Assembly (NCBI GenBank): GCA_028277945.1
Contig: JANQFH010000068.1
Coordinates: forward strand, 272,400-336,399
From: Oligoflexia bacterium
GTDB taxonomy: Bacteria > Bdellovibrionota_G > JANQFH01
Direction of reading: 5' to 3'
DNA: 64,000 nt
Shown: positions 40,930-50,513 of the stretch, piece after piece
Layout: each line of letters opens with the position of its first letter
Position numbering within the stretch: the stretch's first letter is position 1
Program-made: the position numbers and the translations under genes
Notes under the pieces: model-generated
The model's input: only the letters and a program-made list of their open reading frames with translations
The model's database searches: none
What the model was told of the DNA's origin: nothing

Positions 40930-42656
40930 TGTAAGTGCCATTGCTCTACAGTATTCACCGCATAGAATTGATGTCCAGTTAAGCGAAAGCCGCGTAGATT
41001 CATAGGAATCACAGCTATCTGTGTACGGTAGTATAGCGGTATCACCGGCACCTCCTTGGCGTACTGCTGTTGGACAATCTTCATCAGTTTCCTGCGTTCC
41101 GCAAAGCTGAACTCCTCCGTGATCTTCTCCAGTGCAGCGTCGGTTTCAGGATCTTTAAACCCCGGAAAGTTTTGCCCAGAGTAACCGTTTTTCGCCGTTG
41201 GGATTTCACTGGAGTGGAGCATGTACCATGGAACAAAATCCGGTGCGGCAGCCCAGGCGTACATCGCCATAGCAGGGAACTTCAGTCTGCGTAATGTCTC
41301 GGAAAAGAAGATGCGCGGGGGTGTGTTCTTCAGCTTGATTTCTATGCCAACTTTTTTCCACTCGTTTTGCAAAAAAACCTGTACTAACTCGCGCGTTTTG
41401 TTCTCCGCAGTGGTCATAAAGATAAATGACAGCTTCTTACCGTTCTTTTGTCGAATGCCAGCTGGCCCCATGGTCCACCCAGCAGCGTCCAATAAGCTTG
41501 CCGCCCGTTTCGCGTCATAGGGGTAGCGCATGACATCGTCTGTATAGTAGGGATCCAGCGGGTGTACGGGGTGGAGGGCGACCTGTTGTCGGCCTGCAAA
41601 GAGCGCCTTTACCAAAGCGTGGCGATCTATAGCGTACACTAGTGCTCGCCGTACGCGGATGTCCTGGAGAATGGGGTTGCGCAGGTTCAGGTCAATATGT
41701 TCGTATAAAGGACCCTCACGGTACTTGACTTCAAAACGTCTCTTGAGTGCCGCATCTCCGCTTAGCCTTTTGTCCAGGGACAGAGCTTGGTCCAGGTTCA
41801 AAGAACCTTCAACAATCATATCGACTGTGCCGGAGAGCAGGTTGGCCTCGAGAGCCTGCGAGTTTGGAATGATTTTAAAGACGAGTCTTTCAATTTTTGG
41901 TTTTTTTCCATGGAAGTGCGGATTGCGCTTGACAACTACATGGCTGCCCGGCTTGATCTCTTTGACTAGATAGGGGCCGCAGTAGAGTCCAGAGTTGGTC
42001 GGATTGGTATTATAGGTGGTCTGTTTTTCATAAGCGCCCACGCTATTTTTGGTTCGCTCCCACACTGGCCCTTCAATATGATGGGGTAGCACGTAAAAGT
42101 TTGGCATTTGATAATAATCGTAACGTGGCTTGTCGTACTTTGTCGTAAACTTCTTGGGGTTTTTAGGATCAATCGTGAACGCCTCGATCTGCGTGTACTG
42201 TTCTTTTCCTCCGCTAGCTACATTTGGGGATTTTCCCACCTTCCAGGCGAGCTGAATGTCGTAGCCCGTAACCGGTGTACCATCGCCCCATTTGGCATTG
42301 GCTTTAAACTCCCAGTCGACCAACAGTTTCTTTTTGCCCTTCTCTTCGATTATCCTTACCATGCCATTTTCCAAAGTTGGCATCTTCGTACAGAGCCAGC
42401 ATCGCCACTGCCAATCAGCATCGATTGCATTAATGCGATAACCGACAGTCGAGTAGATATACTGGCTACCCAATTGTTGCGAGAGCAAGGGGTTGAGAGA
42501 GTAAAACTCATGGGTCATGCCCAGGGTGAGTTGTTTGTTGTTTGGCTGAGCAGCGATGAGTTCTGTGGCAGCGCAGAGGTTAAGAAGCAGAGTAGCCAAT
42601 ACAGAGAGTTTTTGCAGGTTGTTCTTCATGTTTTTATTACCTATTGCAGATTCCAT
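40926..42656 (-). CDS. ABC transporter substrate-binding protein, family 5, paralog 6 of 7
   Basis: 576 aa. 'AQPNNKQLTLG' and 'WQWRCWLCTKMPTL'. An alternative start is Met10 (42629). Confidence 0.8.
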   Translation of the reverse strand: MESAIGNKNMKNNLQKLSVLATLLLNLCAATELIAAQPNNKQLTLGMTHEFYSLNPLLSQQLGSQYIYSTVGYRINAIDADWQWRCWLCTKMPTLENGMVRIIEEKGKKKLLVDWEFKANAKWGDGTPVTGYDIQLAWKVGKSPNVASGGKEQYTQIEAFTIDPKNPKKFTTKYDKPRYDYYQMPNFYVLPHHIEGPVWERTKNSVGAYEKQTTYNTNPTNSGLYCGPYLVKEIKPGSHVVVKRNPHFHGKKPKIERLVFKIIPNSQALEANLLSGTVDMIVEGSLNLDQALSLDKRLSGDAALKRRFEVKYREGPLYEHIDLNLRNPILQDIRVRRALVYAIDRHALVKALFAGRQQVALHPVHPLDPYYTDDVMRYPYDAKRAASLLDAAGWTMGPAGIRQKNGKKLSFIFMTTAENKTRELVQVFLQNEWKKVGIEIKLKNTPPRIFFSETLRRLKFPAMAMYAWAAAPDFVPWYMLHSSEIPTAKNGYSGQNFPGFKDPETDAALEKITEEFSFAERRKLMKIVQQQYAKEVPVIPLYYRTQIAVIPMNLRGFRLTGHQFYAVNTVEQWHLQ

Positions 42657-44341
42657 TGGTCTATAGAAAGCACCGAATAAAACTGGTGTCCGGTTAAGCG
42701 AAACCCCTTGAGGTTTTTTGGTATCACGGCAATTTGAGCCCTGTAGTACAGGGGAATGACTGGCAGCTCTTTGGCATACTCTTGCTGGACAGTCTTCATG
42801 AGTTCCTTGCGTTTACCAAAATCGAATTCCGTCTGGATTTGATCGAGCGCTCTGTCGTTTGCCACGCTCTTATACCCTGGATAGTTCTGCCCTGAAAAGC
42901 CATTTTCGGCTGTTGGAATCTCAAGCGAATGTGTAGTGGTTCGCGGTGGATTGTCAGGGGAGGATATCCACGCATACATCGCCATGGCTGAGAACTTGCG
43001 TTTGCGCAAGGTTTCACTGAAAAATACCCGCGGCGGCAGATTTTTTAAGCGCACCTTAATACCGATCTTTTTCCATTCGTTTTGTAAAAAGACCTGTACC
43101 AGCTCGCGGGTCTTGTTTTCAGCAGTGGTTATGAAGACGAATGACAGCTTCTTGCCGTCCTTCGCACGCATACCATCTTGGCCTAGCTTCCAGCCCGCCT
43201 TGTCAAGTAACCTTGCCGCCCTTTTTGGATCGTAAGGGTACTGCATCACGGCGTCGGTGAAATAGGGATCGAGTGGGTTGATGTTATGTAGCGCCACTTG
43301 CTGCTTGCCTTTGAAAAGCGCGTCGACAAGAGCCTGGCGATTGATGGCATGCACCAATGCTTGGCGTACGCGGATGTCCTGGAGGACCGGGTTGCTCAGG
43401 TTCAAATCAATGTGCTCATACATCGTGCCCTGGCGAAACTTCACCATGTAACGTTGCTGTAGTGCTGTATCGCTTGCAAGCCGTTTGTTAAAGGCTAAGG
43501 CTTGGTCAAACTCTAAGCCGGACTCGGAGATCATGTCGATGGTGCCGGAGAGCAGATTAGCTTCCATTGCCTGGGTATTAGGGATTATTTTTAAGACAAT
43601 CTTGTCAATCTTTGGCTTTTTTCCATAGTAGTGTGGGTTGCGCGCTATCATCACATGGCTACCCACCTTGACCTCTTCCACTCTATAAGGCCCACAGTAA
43701 AGCCCTGGATGCGTCGGCTGGGTGGTATAGGCGCTCTGTTTTTCATAAGCGCCAAGGCTGTGCTGGGTCTTTTCCCAAATAGCTCCCTCAATGTGATGCG
43801 GCAATAAATTGACTGTCCCAAGGTGATAGTAGTCGTAACGTGGTTTGTCGTAGGTAATGGTAAACTTCTTGGGATTTTTGCGGTCAACCTCTATGGATTC
43901 GAACTGTTCGTAGAGATCCTTGCTACCAACCGCAACATTAGGGGATTTGCCTACCTTCCAGGCGAGCTGCAAGTCATACCCTGTTACCGGTATGCCATCA
44001 CCCCATTTGGCATTGGCTTTGATCTGCCAATCTACCACCAACCTTTTCTTGCCTTTTTTTGTAATGAGTCTGGCCATGCCATTTTCAAAGGTCGGAACCT
44101 CGGTGCACAGTAGGCATTGCCACTGCCAATCGGCGTTAATCGTAATTAGAGAATGGACGACACTTCTACCAATGTATCGTCCGCCGATGGTTTGCGAAAT
44201 CAAGCTGTTGAGAGTGTCAAACTCATGAACCATGCCAATGGTAAGCTGCTTGTTCGACGGTGCTGCGCTTGTCTGGCTCGCGATACTGATTGTCAGAAGC
44301 ACTATAGATGCGAGTCGCATTGTAAGTTGGAAGCATTTCAT
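42641..44341 (-). CDS. ABC transporter substrate-binding protein, family 5, paralog 7 of 7
   Basis: 566 aa with a signal peptide. 'WQWQCLLCTEVPTF'. 4-nt overlap with the upstream ATPase gene. Confidence 0.85.
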   Translation of the reverse strand: MKCFQLTMRLASIVLLTISIASQTSAAPSNKQLTIGMVHEFDTLNSLISQTIGGRYIGRSVVHSLITINADWQWQCLLCTEVPTFENGMARLITKKGKKRLVVDWQIKANAKWGDGIPVTGYDLQLAWKVGKSPNVAVGSKDLYEQFESIEVDRKNPKKFTITYDKPRYDYYHLGTVNLLPHHIEGAIWEKTQHSLGAYEKQSAYTTQPTHPGLYCGPYRVEEVKVGSHVMIARNPHYYGKKPKIDKIVLKIIPNTQAMEANLLSGTIDMISESGLEFDQALAFNKRLASDTALQQRYMVKFRQGTMYEHIDLNLSNPVLQDIRVRQALVHAINRQALVDALFKGKQQVALHNINPLDPYFTDAVMQYPYDPKRAARLLDKAGWKLGQDGMRAKDGKKLSFVFITTAENKTRELVQVFLQNEWKKIGIKVRLKNLPPRVFFSETLRKRKFSAMAMYAWISSPDNPPRTTTHSLEIPTAENGFSGQNYPGYKSVANDRALDQIQTEFDFGKRKELMKTVQQEYAKELPVIPLYYRAQIAVIPKNLKGFRLTGHQFYSVLSIDQWNLQ

Positions 44342-45339
44342 ACGGTTGCTCCGCTTAGTTTTTCAGCAAAGTGACAGGAGACCAGATGCGGCCGCAGCTC
44401 AGCGCCAAGATTACGTAGTTGCGGCAGTTCTTGTTGGCATTGCGGTTGTGCGTGGGGACAGCGTGGATGAAAGTGACAGCCCGAGGGAGGTGAGAGTGGG
44501 CTTGGCACATCGCCACCGAGCGCCTGCCGCTTTTTTCTCTGCCCGTGTCCTGGGGTTGGGTTAGCCTTGATCAACGCTTGCGTATAAGGGTGGCGAGGAT
44601 TGTCAAAGAGTGCGTCGCGCCCTGCCATTTCAACCACCTTACCGAGATACATCACGGCAATACGGTGCGAGATGTGTTTGACCAAGGCAAGATCGTGGGC
44701 AATGAAGAGATAGGCCATACCCAGATCATCCTGCAGGTCTTTGAAGAGGTTGAGTATCTGTGCCTGTACGGAGACGTCGAGTGCCGATACCGGTTCGTCG
44801 GCCACCACCAACTGTGGCCGCAGGGAAATGGCACGGGCAATGGCAATACGTTGGCGCTGTCCTCCGGAGAACTCATGCGGATAGCGTGCCTGTGCCCAGT
44901 CGCCAAGGCCAACGCGATTGAGTAGCTCGCGGACTTTTTGGCGTCGTTCTTTTGCTGTGCCCAGTTTGTGCACCCGCAGCGGCGTCTCTAGGATTTTGGC
45001 GATGGTCATGCGCGGATTGAGGGAGCTGAAGGGATCTTGAAACACCATGGTGACATTGCGACGAAACTCAAGCAGGGCACTGCCTTTCAACCCAGTGACC
45101 GACTGTCCGTTAAAACAGATATCTCCAGCCGTGGGTTCGTAGATACGCACTACAGTACGCGCTGCTGTGGATTTGCCGCAACCACTCTCGCCCACCAGTC
45201 CCAAGGTCTCGCCCTTGGCCAAATCAAAGCTAACGCCATCCACTGCGTAAACACTGCCGGTTTGCCGCAACAACAGTCCCGAGTGTACGGGGAAGTGCTT
45301 TTTAAGCTGTTTTACTTCTAGCAGCGTTTCAGAGGACAA
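44338..45339 (-). CDS. ABC transporter ATP-binding protein (OppF/DppF type)
   Basis: 333 aa. Walker A 'GESGCGKST', signature 'FSGGQRQR', Walker B 'LVVADEP'. C-terminal oligopeptide-ABC Cys/His tail ('CHFHPRCPHAQPQC'). Confidence 0.9.
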   Translation of the reverse strand: MSSETLLEVKQLKKHFPVHSGLLLRQTGSVYAVDGVSFDLAKGETLGLVGESGCGKSTAARTVVRIYEPTAGDICFNGQSVTGLKGSALLEFRRNVTMVFQDPFSSLNPRMTIAKILETPLRVHKLGTAKERRQKVRELLNRVGLGDWAQARYPHEFSGGQRQRIAIARAISLRPQLVVADEPVSALDVSVQAQILNLFKDLQDDLGMAYLFIAHDLALVKHISHRIAVMYLGKVVEMAGRDALFDNPRHPYTQALIKANPTPGHGQRKKRQALGGDVPSPLSPPSGCHFHPRCPHAQPQCQQELPQLRNLGAELRPHLVSCHFAEKLSGATV

Positions 45340-45356
45340 AATTCAAGGCTCCTCAC

Positions 45357-46433
45357 TCAACATGGGTTAAAACAGGCAACCTCATGGCCCTGTCGGTGTT
45401 TTTGTAATATAGGGTCTTGGTGCCTACAGACGCTGGTGACATTGGGACAGCGGTTCTGGTAACGACAGCCAGGCGGTAGGTTCAAGAGTGGCGGCACCGA
45501 ACCTTTAATCGTGCTAAGCCGCGGGACGTTTTTGTCGATGCGTGGAATCGACTCAAACAGTCCGACTGTGTAGGGATGTTTTGGGTTGTTAAAGATCGTC
45601 TCACAGTCAGCCTTTTCAACGATTTTGCCGGCGTACATAACGAGAACGCGATCAGCAATTTCAGAGATGACGCCAAGATCGTGGGTGATGAACTGAATCG
45701 CCATTCCGAGCTTTTCTTGCAACTCCTGCAATAGGTCCAAGATCTGTGCCTGTATGGTTACATCGAGAGCCGTGGTCGGTTCATCGGCGATCAACAGCTC
45801 GGGCTTGCAGCTAAGCGCCATGGCGATCATGGCTCGTTGTCGCATACCGCCAGAGAGCTGGTGCGGGTAATCGTCGATGCGTTTTTCTGGCGCCGGTATG
45901 CCGACAAGCTGAAACAGCTCGATGGCGCGTTGGCGCGCCTCCTGTTTGCTCACTTTGGTTTCGTGCGTTTGAATCTGCTCGACAATCTGTCGGCCGATGC
46001 GCATCACCGGATTGAGTGCGGTCATAGGTTCCTGAAAGATCATGGCAATGCGACCGCCGCGGATCTGCTGCATCTGTTGCTCGGAAAGGGCAGTCAGCTC
46101 AATCTCCTTGAGCCATACCTTGCCTGCGGTCACTCTGCCGGGATCGGCAATCAGACCCATGATGGAAAAGCTGGTGACGGTTTTGCCGCAGCCACTCTCG
46201 CCAACAATGCCGACGGTTTCACCGGCACTGACTTTATAAGAGACACCATCCACAGCTTTGATGACGCCAGCCTTGGTGAAAAAGGAGGTCTCTAAATTAT
46301 CTACAACGAGCAGCTCGTGCATCACTACATCAATAAAGGTGCAATCCTGTTGCCAATCTGTAAGGGCGGCGAATGCTCCTGAATAGCCAATAATCTTAAA
46401 TAGATCAAGGTATTTAGCCACCGCGTCGATCAT
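45357..46433 (-). CDS. ABC transporter ATP-binding protein (OppD/DppD type)
   Basis: Walker A 'GESGCGKTV', 'LSGGMRQR', 'LLIADEP'. C-terminal 'CRYQNRCPNVTSVCRH'. The likely true start is an internal Met ('MHELLVVDN', about 46322), so the N-terminal 37 aa of the ORF are doubtful. Confidence 0.85.
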   Translation of the reverse strand: MIDAVAKYLDLFKIIGYSGAFAALTDWQQDCTFIDVVMHELLVVDNLETSFFTKAGVIKAVDGVSYKVSAGETVGIVGESGCGKTVTSFSIMGLIADPGRVTAGKVWLKEIELTALSEQQMQQIRGGRIAMIFQEPMTALNPVMRIGRQIVEQIQTHETKVSKQEARQRAIELFQLVGIPAPEKRIDDYPHQLSGGMRQRAMIAMALSCKPELLIADEPTTALDVTIQAQILDLLQELQEKLGMAIQFITHDLGVISEIADRVLVMYAGKIVEKADCETIFNNPKHPYTVGLFESIPRIDKNVPRLSTIKGSVPPLLNLPPGCRYQNRCPNVTSVCRHQDPILQKHRQGHEVACFNPC

Positions 46434-46508
46434 CTGGCCGATTTTTGGGCTGTTACGTAACTTGCCTAATTTGTACCTAATTTGAGCCAGTTATGGTTAT
46501 AAGTAAGC

Positions 46509-47234
46509 ATGAAGCATGAGCGGTCCGTCTTTGACGCGTTGATTCTGATTGCCCGCCCGGCGGCAGGCAAATCCGAGGTGATTGACTTTCTCAAGCAGAC
46601 GCCGCTTAAGGAACGGCAGCAGCGTTTTCATATTGGCGCGTTTACAGAGTTTGATGACTTTCCCTTTATCTGGCAGATGTTTGAGGAAGATGAACTCCTT
46701 ACCAAACTTGGTCAGCCAAGAGTGTGGACAACACCCGATTGCTACTTCAAGGACCACTACATCTGGAATTTTTTGATTGAAAAACTCAACTTGGCGGTGC
46801 AGCGGCGACAGCAGGAAAACCCTCAATTGATGCAGGGTGAGACTGCGATCATCGAATTCTCTCGCGGTGGTGATCAAGCTTTTGCCGAGGCCTTTCATCA
46901 CTTAGACAGTGAGATCTTGAAGCATGCTGCCGTGCTCTACATCAACGTCTCTTACGCAGAGTCCGTGCGTAAGAACCGACGTCGGGCACGAACCGGAAAA
47001 GAACACAGCATCCTCTACCACTCACTGCCCGATGATAAGATGGAGCACTACTACAAGAGCAACGACTGGCAGCAGCTCAGCAGCCACAGTCCAACACACT
47101 TGGACCTCAAGGGAGTACAGGTGCCCTACGTCGTCTTAGAAAACGAACCCGAAGTCACCGACGATCCGCAGCTGCTTGGTCCAGCCCTGGAGCAGGTATT
47201 GGGCCGTCTCTGGAGCCTGCGTAAGACCTCATAA
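46509..47234 (+). CDS. hypothetical P-loop protein (kinase-like)
   Basis: 241 aa. Walker-A-like 'ILIARPAAGKSEV' near the N-terminus. No further family assignment is possible. Confidence 0.45.
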   Translation: MKHERSVFDALILIARPAAGKSEVIDFLKQTPLKERQQRFHIGAFTEFDDFPFIWQMFEEDELLTKLGQPRVWTTPDCYFKDHYIWNFLIEKLNLAVQRRQQENPQLMQGETAIIEFSRGGDQAFAEAFHHLDSEILKHAAVLYINVSYAESVRKNRRRARTGKEHSILYHSLPDDKMEHYYKSNDWQQLSSHSPTHLDLKGVQVPYVVLENEPEVTDDPQLLGPALEQVLGRLWSLRKTS

Positions 47235-48386
47235 CAGGTCTGCTAAGTTCTTATAGTTGACGACCTGCAAATCTCCGATGGCCTGCTGATGTTTTCCGGC
47301 GTAAACTAGATAACCGGTGGACATGCGATCTCCAACCCAGCTCTTAAATCGGTGCAGACTTCTCATAAAGTCGGGATTAAAGGTCATGGAAGACTTTATC
47401 TCAATCGGTATGAGCGCATTAGCACTTTTGTATATAACATCGATTTCGTTTCTGTTGTGCTCACGAAAAAAATAGAGATTAGGATCAAGCCCTCTATTTA
47501 GTCTAGACTTCATAAGTTCAATCACGACTAGGTTTTCAAATAGGTTACCGCGAAGAGGATCACGACTAAGCTGTTTTAGGTCTTCAATGCCCAAAAGATA
47601 TGTGGCAAGACCTATCTCAGTAAAATATATTTTTGGTGATTTGATGATACGTTTATTGAAGTTTTCAAAATAGGGAAACAGCCGCGTCAGAATGAACGAA
47701 GCTTCAAGCACAGAGATCCACTTTTCTATCGTATGGTAGGAGACACCAACTTCACTGGCAAGACTGCTAGCATTAAATAACTGGCCAATGCGACCAGCAC
47801 AGAGCTTTAAGAAGGACTCAAATGTTGATAGGTCTTTAACCTGTATAATTTGTCGTAAATCTCGTTCGACATAAGTCTGAAAATAGTTACGATAGGCTTT
47901 CACAGGATCCTGGTTGTTGGCATGAATGCGTGGCAGAAATCCATGGAACAGGTATTCGTCTGTTTCGAAAGAGGTACCGAACGACTTTAGTTCAGCAATG
48001 CTTAATGGATAGAGCGTTAATAAGGCCGTTCGGCCAGCAAGCGACTGAACAATCGCAGCTTGAAGTTCAAACTGATGGCTACCGGTCAGGACGAAAAGGC
48101 CATTACGACCCAAACGATCGACCATAACTTGAATGTAGGAGAGTAACTGCGGCAGTCGTTGGATTTCATCGAGGATTGCCCCTTGAGGTAATTGGGCTAA
48201 AAATCCCTGGGGGTCACGGCTAGCAAATTCTCGCTCATCCGGGGCTTCTAAATTAACATAAGTCATGTTTGGAAAAGCCATCTTTGCTAAGGTTGTTTTG
48301 CCGGCTTGCCTCGGACCGGTGATGGTAACCACGGGATAGTGACGCATGAGGCTTTGCACCTCTTGTTGAATAGTGCGGACGATCAT
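47229..48386 (-). CDS. AAA+ superfamily ATPase with DUF4143 C-terminal domain (COG1373-like)
   Basis: 385 aa. Walker A 'ITGPRQAGKTTL' and Walker B-like 'LDEIQ'. The architecture is typical of the 'ATP-binding protein' DUF4143 family. Confidence 0.75.
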   Translation of the reverse strand: MIVRTIQQEVQSLMRHYPVVTITGPRQAGKTTLAKMAFPNMTYVNLEAPDEREFASRDPQGFLAQLPQGAILDEIQRLPQLLSYIQVMVDRLGRNGLFVLTGSHQFELQAAIVQSLAGRTALLTLYPLSIAELKSFGTSFETDEYLFHGFLPRIHANNQDPVKAYRNYFQTYVERDLRQIIQVKDLSTFESFLKLCAGRIGQLFNASSLASEVGVSYHTIEKWISVLEASFILTRLFPYFENFNKRIIKSPKIYFTEIGLATYLLGIEDLKQLSRDPLRGNLFENLVVIELMKSRLNRGLDPNLYFFREHNRNEIDVIYKSANALIPIEIKSSMTFNPDFMRSLHRFKSWVGDRMSTGYLVYAGKHQQAIGDLQVVNYKNLADLL

Positions 48387-48544
48387 TGGATAGAGGTTAA
48401 TATAGACAAATTAGATTTACAAGTTCTATTTTGACTAAAATATATAACCCATCTATATCATTAAAAATTATTTTGGAAGGCCCATAGAGAGGCCCTTAGA
48501 GAGCAAGCGAAGGTGCGATTCATTCGCACCTGAGCGCGGGGTTT

Positions 48545-48613
48545 GGGGGCATAGTCAAGCTTGCAGAGATACGATAGATGCGAGTAGCCTCTCCACAAGC
48601 TTGACTGGCCCCC
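48545..48613 (-). terminator. large GC-clamped hairpin 5 nt downstream of the phnE stop, followed by a second small hairpin (48510-48530)
   Basis: GGGGGCATAGTCAAGCTTG...CAAGCTTGACTGGCCCCC (about 18-bp stem), then GGTGCGATTCATTCGCACC. It sits between phnE and the AAA-ATPase gene on the same strand. The U-tract is weak. Confidence 0.45.
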
Positions 48614-48617
48614 AACT

Positions 48618-49694
48618 CTAATAGATTGCTTCGCGGATGCGGGCGCTCAAGTAATCCATGATCCAAACAACGATGGCAATCACAATGATGATGGTGCCTA
48701 CCTCATGCCATCTCGCCAAACCCTGGTACTGCATGAGCAGCGTGCCAATGCCACCGCCACCAACCAAGCCAATGATCGTTGCCATGCGGATGTTGATATC
48801 CCAGCGATAGATGGTGAACGACAGATAGGGCAGGATGATCTGCGGTACCACAGCGTACCAGACCACCTGGATGCGGTTGGCTCCAGTTGCCTCAATCGCC
48901 TCGAGTGGACCTCGGTCAATGTTCTCAATCTGCTCGGAGTAGAGTTTGGTGAGTGCAGCAAAGGAGTGCAACATCAGCGCCAACATGCCGGCAAAGGGAC
49001 CAATGCCAACCCACACTGAAAAAATAATCGCCCAGATCAGCGGTTCTACCGAACGGGTAAAGTTGGCGATAAAGCGCAGGCTATTGTAGATAAACAGCGC
49101 CGAGCGGCTGAACTTCATGAGGTTGCGTGCCATGAAGAAGCTGGCGACAAAGGCGATGGGAATGGCGAGGATGGTTGCCATCAACGCAATAAAGATGGTA
49201 ACCACCATCGCCTCCAAAACCATCTCGAGAATGCCCAGCTCTGGCTTGATCAACGATGTAAAGATGCGGCGCGCACCTCCCAAACCTTGAACGCTAAAGA
49301 GCGCCCGCATATCCATCTCAGTGAGGATCCAACCCAGACAGAGGGTTAAGATGAGTAGTAGCAGCGAGAAGATACCCGAGGCTGAGCGTAGCCATTTCTG
49401 CAGCGACGGCTGCTTTTGCAAACCCTTTAAAACAGGATTCGTACGCTCAACCATCCAACGACCTGCCGATGCTGGCGAGCGGCTCCACAGATAGCCAACG
49501 ACAATGCAGAGTAACAGGTAGAGTCCAAGCAGTTTGGAGTGCGCGGTAATGCCGTCCTCTAGAGCTAAGAAGTGGAAAACTAGGTAAGAGAGAGCAAAGC
49601 AGAAGTAGTAGAGCAGTAAAAAGTTGATAAACCAAGCACGCCGAAAAGCTTGGCGCTGTTCGCGAGCCACTCGTTTTTGAAATACTTCACTCAT
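48618..49694 (-). CDS. phnE: phosphonate/phosphite ABC transporter permease with N-terminal extension
   Basis: 358 aa. The C-terminal 260 aa match PhnE-type permease topology. About 90 extra N-terminal aa with additional TM helices. Confidence 0.75.
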   Translation of the reverse strand: MSEVFQKRVAREQRQAFRRAWFINFLLLYYFCFALSYLVFHFLALEDGITAHSKLLGLYLLLCIVVGYLWSRSPASAGRWMVERTNPVLKGLQKQPSLQKWLRSASGIFSLLLLILTLCLGWILTEMDMRALFSVQGLGGARRIFTSLIKPELGILEMVLEAMVVTIFIALMATILAIPIAFVASFFMARNLMKFSRSALFIYNSLRFIANFTRSVEPLIWAIIFSVWVGIGPFAGMLALMLHSFAALTKLYSEQIENIDRGPLEAIEATGANRIQVVWYAVVPQIILPYLSFTIYRWDINIRMATIIGLVGGGGIGTLLMQYQGLARWHEVGTIIIVIAIVVWIMDYLSARIREAIY

Positions 49695-49706
49695 ACGGTT
49701 AACAGC

Positions 49707-50474
49707 CTAACGAATCTCCACCTCTTTGGCATCCTCGCCGTAGATTCTCTTAAACCACGCGGCATCGATCTCAGTGGCAGCGCCGGTATAGACAATCTCT
49801 CCTGCCTTCAGGGCAATGACTCGGGTTGCATACTGCCTGACGATGCTTAGAAAGTGCAGGTTGCAAACAATCGTTTTGCCATACTCTTGGTTTGCTTTTT
49901 TTAAATAGTCCATCACCGAGTGCGAGGTTGCAGGATCAAGGCTAGCCACAGGCTCGTCTGCCAACAACAGCTCAGGATCCTGCATAAGCGCACGGGCAAT
50001 GGCAACACGCTGTTGCTGGCCGCCACTGAGCTCATCAGCACGCGTCTGCGCCTTGTCCACAAGGCCAACAGCTTGCAGTTTTTCTAAGGCTCGCTCCCTG
50101 GCTTCATCCTCAAACAGAGCGCAGACACTTCTGAGGGTTGAGGTACTGCCGAGACTTCCTGTCAATACATTGGTGAGCACAGATTTGCGTCTGATGAGGT
50201 TGAAGTGTTGAAAGATCATGCCGATCTGCCGGCGTTTCTGACGCATCTCTTTGAAGGGTAGTTGGGTGAGATTGATCTGGTCGAGTAAAACTTCTCCACT
50301 GGTCGGTTCGACCAGACGATTGATACATCGAAGCAGGGTGGACTTTCCAGACCCACTCAGACCGATAATGCCGAGGAACTCACCTTTATTAACTGAGATA
50401 GAGATGTTCTTGATGGCGTGTACGCCGTTGTCATAGATTTTGTTGAGCGAGCGAACTTCTAAGAGCGGCGTCAT
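49707..50474 (-). CDS. phnC: phosphonate ABC transporter ATP-binding protein
   Basis: 255 aa. Walker A '[11 protein letters not shown]', signature '[15 protein letters not shown]', Walker B 'LLLADEP'. Confidence 0.85.
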   Translation of the reverse strand: MTPLLEVRSLNKIYDNGVHAIKNISISVNKGEFLGIIGLSGSGKSTLLRCINRLVEPTSGEVLLDQINLTQLPFKEMRQKRRQIGMIFQHFNLIRRKSVLTNVLTGSLGSTSTLRSVCALFEDEARERALEKLQAVGLVDKAQTRADELSGGQQQRVAIARALMQDPELLLADEPVASLDPATSHSVMDYLKKANQEYGKTIVCNLHFLSIVRQYATRVIALKAGEIVYTGAATEIDAAWFKRIYGEDAKEVEIR

Positions 50475-50513
50475 TGGCTAGCAATCCGTGGCAACTCGAA
50501 ACGGCCTTGGTTC

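Noticed and set aside
30402-44228. Recurrent plus-strand ORFs of about 100 aa inside every SBP gene (for example 30625..30951, 32362..32664, 36158..36349, 37700..38056, 39482..39781, 41221..41520, 42936..43235) with similar 'MAGNF...TRGGSFL...PTFFHSFCKKTCTSSRVL' translations
   Set aside because: They are antisense-frame echoes of the conserved SBP blocks, repeated because the paralogs are repeated. They have no independent start or RBS logic and lie inside strongly supported genes.
30357-44341. Could the seven SBP genes be an assembly artefact or collapsed repeat?
   Set aside because: The copies differ at many positions throughout (signal peptides, variable loops, lengths 565-576 aa). Their junctions with the unique permease and ATPase genes are distinct. 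This is consistent with genuine ancient paralogs.
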